From: Alphaproteobacteria bacterium
GTDB lineage: Bacteria; Pseudomonadota; Alphaproteobacteria; JBFXJJ01
Assembly: GCA_050175015.1 (NCBI GenBank)
Contig: JBFXJJ010000001.1
Coordinates: 1-64,000, forward strand
Direction: 5' to 3'
Length of the DNA: 64,000 bases
Shown here in pieces: positions 57,759 through 64,000 of the stretch. The position numbers and the translations under genes were made by a program. Numbering within the stretch: the first letter of the stretch is position 1; each line of letters opens with the position of its first letter. The notes under the pieces are model-generated. The model did no database searches. It had not been told where the DNA came from and worked only from the letters and a program-made list of their open reading frames with translations.

Positions 57759-59174
57759 TTAAATAAAAACCTTTATGTAATCTCTTTCTATTTCTTCATC
57801 ACACAAATCCTCGCCATCTTTAGCAAGCATAAAATCATAAAGACCAAGACCATTAAGCACTCTGAAATAAGCATTGTTATATTTGCCATAAGGCATATTT
57901 TCTGCTAGTTCTGATACAGTTTTATTACTTACATTTTTTAGAACATGGATAGAAGATGGTTCTATTTTTTTGGCTTCTTCCTCTGAATAACGCTTAAAAG
58001 ACTTAGATATAATTTCTTCCCAATCATCAAAATTATCTCCATTATTTTTAGTATCAATAAATCTAAAATAATAGCTCTGCTCATCTTTATCTTTTTTTAC
58101 GTAATCTTTCATCGTTGCTTTCTTAATTTCATACATTATTTCGTTTTTAGAAACGATAAAAAACTCCTCTTTTTTTTCATCTACAAAAACTAATCCTTCT
58201 TGGATATCGTCAAAATTACTTGCAGGTCTTAAATTTTCGGGCAAATTAAATGAAATTCGCAATTCTGGATTCGTGTAAGATTTTCCCTTTAAAAAACCTT
58301 TACCTATTTTATTGCCACAAACCAATCCCTCAATCGCCTCAAAAAACGGTTTTTTGTTCAATTTGAAATCCTCACTCAAAGCGTTAGAACTTTCAATGAT
58401 TGCTTTTTGTATTCTTTCTTTTGTTCTGGGGTGCGTTTCCATAATATCAATTTTATCGGCATCTTTAACTTTGCCGCCGTTCATAACTGCTGCTAATTTG
58501 CTATAAGCATAGAATGTTTCGAAACCTGCAACACTTGCCTCTGGATCATAGCCTGCTTTCGACATATATCTTATTCCCAATTTATCGGCTTCAAACTCTT
58601 GTTTCCTAGTAAATCCTCTTAACAAAACAGATGTTAACGTATCAAGACCATTATCAAACATATCGTTTGTTGTTTGACCATTTCCTGACATCAAAGCCTT
58701 AATGGCAAGTTTAGTGAATTTAGCCCAATAGTATTGAGCGATTGCTTCTGATATATGCCTTGCATTAACATGACCTAGCTCGTGTCCCAAAATACTAGCT
58801 AACTCAGCCTCACTGTTAAGATACGATAAAAGTCCCCGATAAATATAAATATATCCACCAGAAACAGCAAAAGCATTTACATCTGGAGCATCTAAAACAA
58901 AAAAACGATATTTATATTCTTGATTTTCAACGTGTTTTGCTAATTCGTTTCCTATTTTAGTAACATAATTTTGAACTTTTATATTCTCATATTCGCCACC
59001 ATTCTCTTTTAAAACTTGGGCATGATTTTTTTTAGTATCCTCAATGTCATATTTGACGCTTGTTCCGATAAGTGACATTCTACCTGTGGCTATATTTCGA
59101 GCACAACCTGATAAACCCAAAGTTGCACAAGATGCCAGAAACCCTTTACCAAAATTGCGACGGTTTATTTTCAT
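57759..59174 (-). CDS. M48-family zinc metalloprotease, Tat lipoprotein
   Basis: RRNF twin-arginine motif, LSGC lipobox, NAFA, HELGH, QEFEAD, THP. Confidence 0.9.
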   Translation of the reverse strand: MKINRRNFGKGFLASCATLGLSGCARNIATGRMSLIGTSVKYDIEDTKKNHAQVLKENGGEYENIKVQNYVTKIGNELAKHVENQEYKYRFFVLDAPDVNAFAVSGGYIYIYRGLLSYLNSEAELASILGHELGHVNARHISEAIAQYYWAKFTKLAIKALMSGNGQTTNDMFDNGLDTLTSVLLRGFTRKQEFEADKLGIRYMSKAGYDPEASVAGFETFYAYSKLAAVMNGGKVKDADKIDIMETHPRTKERIQKAIIESSNALSEDFKLNKKPFFEAIEGLVCGNKIGKGFLKGKSYTNPELRISFNLPENLRPASNFDDIQEGLVFVDEKKEEFFIVSKNEIMYEIKKATMKDYVKKDKDEQSYYFRFIDTKNNGDNFDDWEEIISKSFKRYSEEEAKKIEPSSIHVLKNVSNKTVSELAENMPYGKYNNAYFRVLNGLGLYDFMLAKDGEDLCDEEIERDYIKVFI

Positions 59175-59226
59175 ATTTCAAAAAACTCCAAACTATGCCA
59201 TAGTTATAAAAATGAATTTACCTTTT

Positions 59227-59922
59227 ATGAAATTAAAAAAATTTTTATTTTTTATCTTCTGTTTTTATTCAACACCACTAAAAGCTGAGGCGTTGATTTT
59301 AAACCGAATAGATGAAAATGGAATCTTTTTTTTTGAAAATAATCAAAGAGCTTTTTTGAAAAACCTCTGGCTGCAAGATCGCGCTGTAGATTACTTGGTT
59401 AGCAATATTACTCCTGCCTCAGAATTGACATTGTCTTATAAAAACTTGAAAAACGATAGATATGGCAACTTAGCTGCTGATATTTATTTTAATGGTACCT
59501 GGCTGCAAAAAGAACTTTTAGAAAAAGGGCTTGCCATATTCTACGATACTAGCGGTGACGATGAAGCTTCTTTGCTTTTAAACTTTGAGAAAACGGCTAG
59601 AGAAAACCGCCAGGGCTTTTGGGAAGATTTAAGCAAAATTCAAAAAGCAGAAAGCATAAATCCATACTTTAATGATAAAGCTTTAGTAATTGGAAAAGTA
59701 GATCATATCAAAACTACAAAAAATAATATTTTCATTAATTTTGGTAAGGATTTTAAAAAGTCTTTTGCTGTTCAAACAGATACTAAAATTGCCCTGCCCC
59801 AATTAGAAGGGCAGATGGTGCTTGTCAGAGGCTTTATACAAAAATATCATAGTGCTTTTATCTCACTAAAAAGCCCTTTTCATATTGAAATTATTGATGA
59901 AAAAGATTGGTCTCTGCCATAA
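59227..59922 (+). CDS. Thermonuclease (SNase)-like secreted protein
   Basis: DRYGNL.A...WLQKELLEKGLA...E..AR....GFW; start moved to the ATG at 59227 (signal peptide) to avoid overlap with the M48 gene. Confidence 0.75.
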   Translation: MKLKKFLFFIFCFYSTPLKAEALILNRIDENGIFFFENNQRAFLKNLWLQDRAVDYLVSNITPASELTLSYKNLKNDRYGNLAADIYFNGTWLQKELLEKGLAIFYDTSGDDEASLLLNFEKTARENRQGFWEDLSKIQKAESINPYFNDKALVIGKVDHIKTTKNNIFINFGKDFKKSFAVQTDTKIALPQLEGQMVLVRGFIQKYHSAFISLKSPFHIEIIDEKDWSLP

Positions 59923-59992
59923 CTACATTAGGAAATAATCCAATTAAAAGCTACAAACTATAAGTAGCCCGCTTAGATGGTTTTGGCTATAT

Positions 59993-60066
59993 TGGAGCGG
60001 GTGAGGGGAATCGAACCCCCGTATTCAGCTTGGGAAGCTGATGTTCTACCATTGAACTACACCCGC
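59993..60066 (-). tRNA. tRNA-Gly (CCC)
   Basis: Reverse complement GCGGGTGTAGTTCAATGGTAGAACATCAGCTTCCCAAGCTGAATACGGGGGTTCGATTCCCCTCACCCGCTCCA folds as a cloverleaf with anticodon CCC and encoded CCA. Confidence 0.97.
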
Positions 60067-60087
60067 ATAACCTAGAGCTATTATAGA

Positions 60088-60447
60088 TTATTTTTCTTTA
60101 ATAACAATAGGCGTTCTTTCTGGAGGATTAATTATATAACTTCCAGAAGTTGCGGTTAGAACTGTCCAACCTCTATTTTTTGCTTCATAGGCAAGAACTT
60201 TGGGTGGAGGAGCATCAAAACCGTTAAGATGTTTCTCAAAACTGCCATCATTTGCCCAGAAATCGAGCTCTGATACCAGTTCATTATCCGTAAATTTTGC
60301 AACTATGTGCTTTTGCCAATAATCGAGAACATCTAAAAGCTGATTTGCCGAAAGCTCAATTTTTTCATCTTTAAGCTTTTTTCTAGCATCACGCCAAGAC
60401 GCTGTTTCCATCACTATATTTTGGGCTTTAACAATAATATCGCTCAA
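60088..60447 (-). CDS. Hypothetical protein
   Basis: 119 aa ORF, TTG start with AGGAGA SD, immediately downstream of gyrB. Confidence 0.75.
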   Translation of the reverse strand: MSDIIVKAQNIVMETASWRDARKKLKDEKIELSANQLLDVLDYWQKHIVAKFTDNELVSELDFWANDGSFEKHLNGFDAPPPKVLAYEAKNRGWTVLTATSGSYIINPPERTPIVIKEK

Positions 60448-60478
60448 AAAATTTCTCCTAAAAATTTCTCTAACTTTA

Positions 60479-64000
<3,522 letters not shown>

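Noticed and set aside
59044-59226. N-terminal extension of the SNase-like ORF
   Set aside because: It overlaps the M48 gene start on the opposite strand; the downstream ATG gives a proper signal peptide.
59993-60066. tRNA-Gly as the attachment site of an island containing the giant gene
   Set aside because: No integrase, and I found no duplicate of the tRNA 3' end in the window.

Overview
AT-rich chromosomal window from what looks like an alphaproteobacterium, judged by typical synteny (ftsE-ftsX-ydcF-plsC divergent from a zinc-ribbon/DUF3426 gene, glnE divergent from a YhdP/AsmA-like gene, recF-gyrB). Housekeeping content: lipid A/LPS modification genes around lptG, a PduO-type adenosyltransferase, iscX, metC, ald, glnE, a partial Bat (vWA/TPR) operon, tRNA-Gly(CCC), gyrB and a partial recF. 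The window opens on the 3' end of an IS1595-family element. Two regions stand out. (1) A stand-alone ~10 kb gene (47434-57516) encodes a signal-peptide-bearing ~3360 aa cysteine-rich protein. It has 7 tandem ~430 aa units, each a pair of paralogous subdomains, with a fixed Cys framework and Tyr/Trp/His-rich variable loops that appear shuffled between units. It has no recognisable export or anchor domain. (2) A co-oriented cluster of unannotated genes (10673-18641) encodes a secretin-like lipoprotein, a Pro-rich membrane protein with a LysM-like end, an acidic protein, and a 1397 aa protein with 19-residue helical repeats and a recently duplicated Glu/Tyr tract. Two divergent RNase J-like paralogues and a double-HTH XRE regulator lie next to it. 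All calls come from reading the sequence and recalling motifs; no searches were run.
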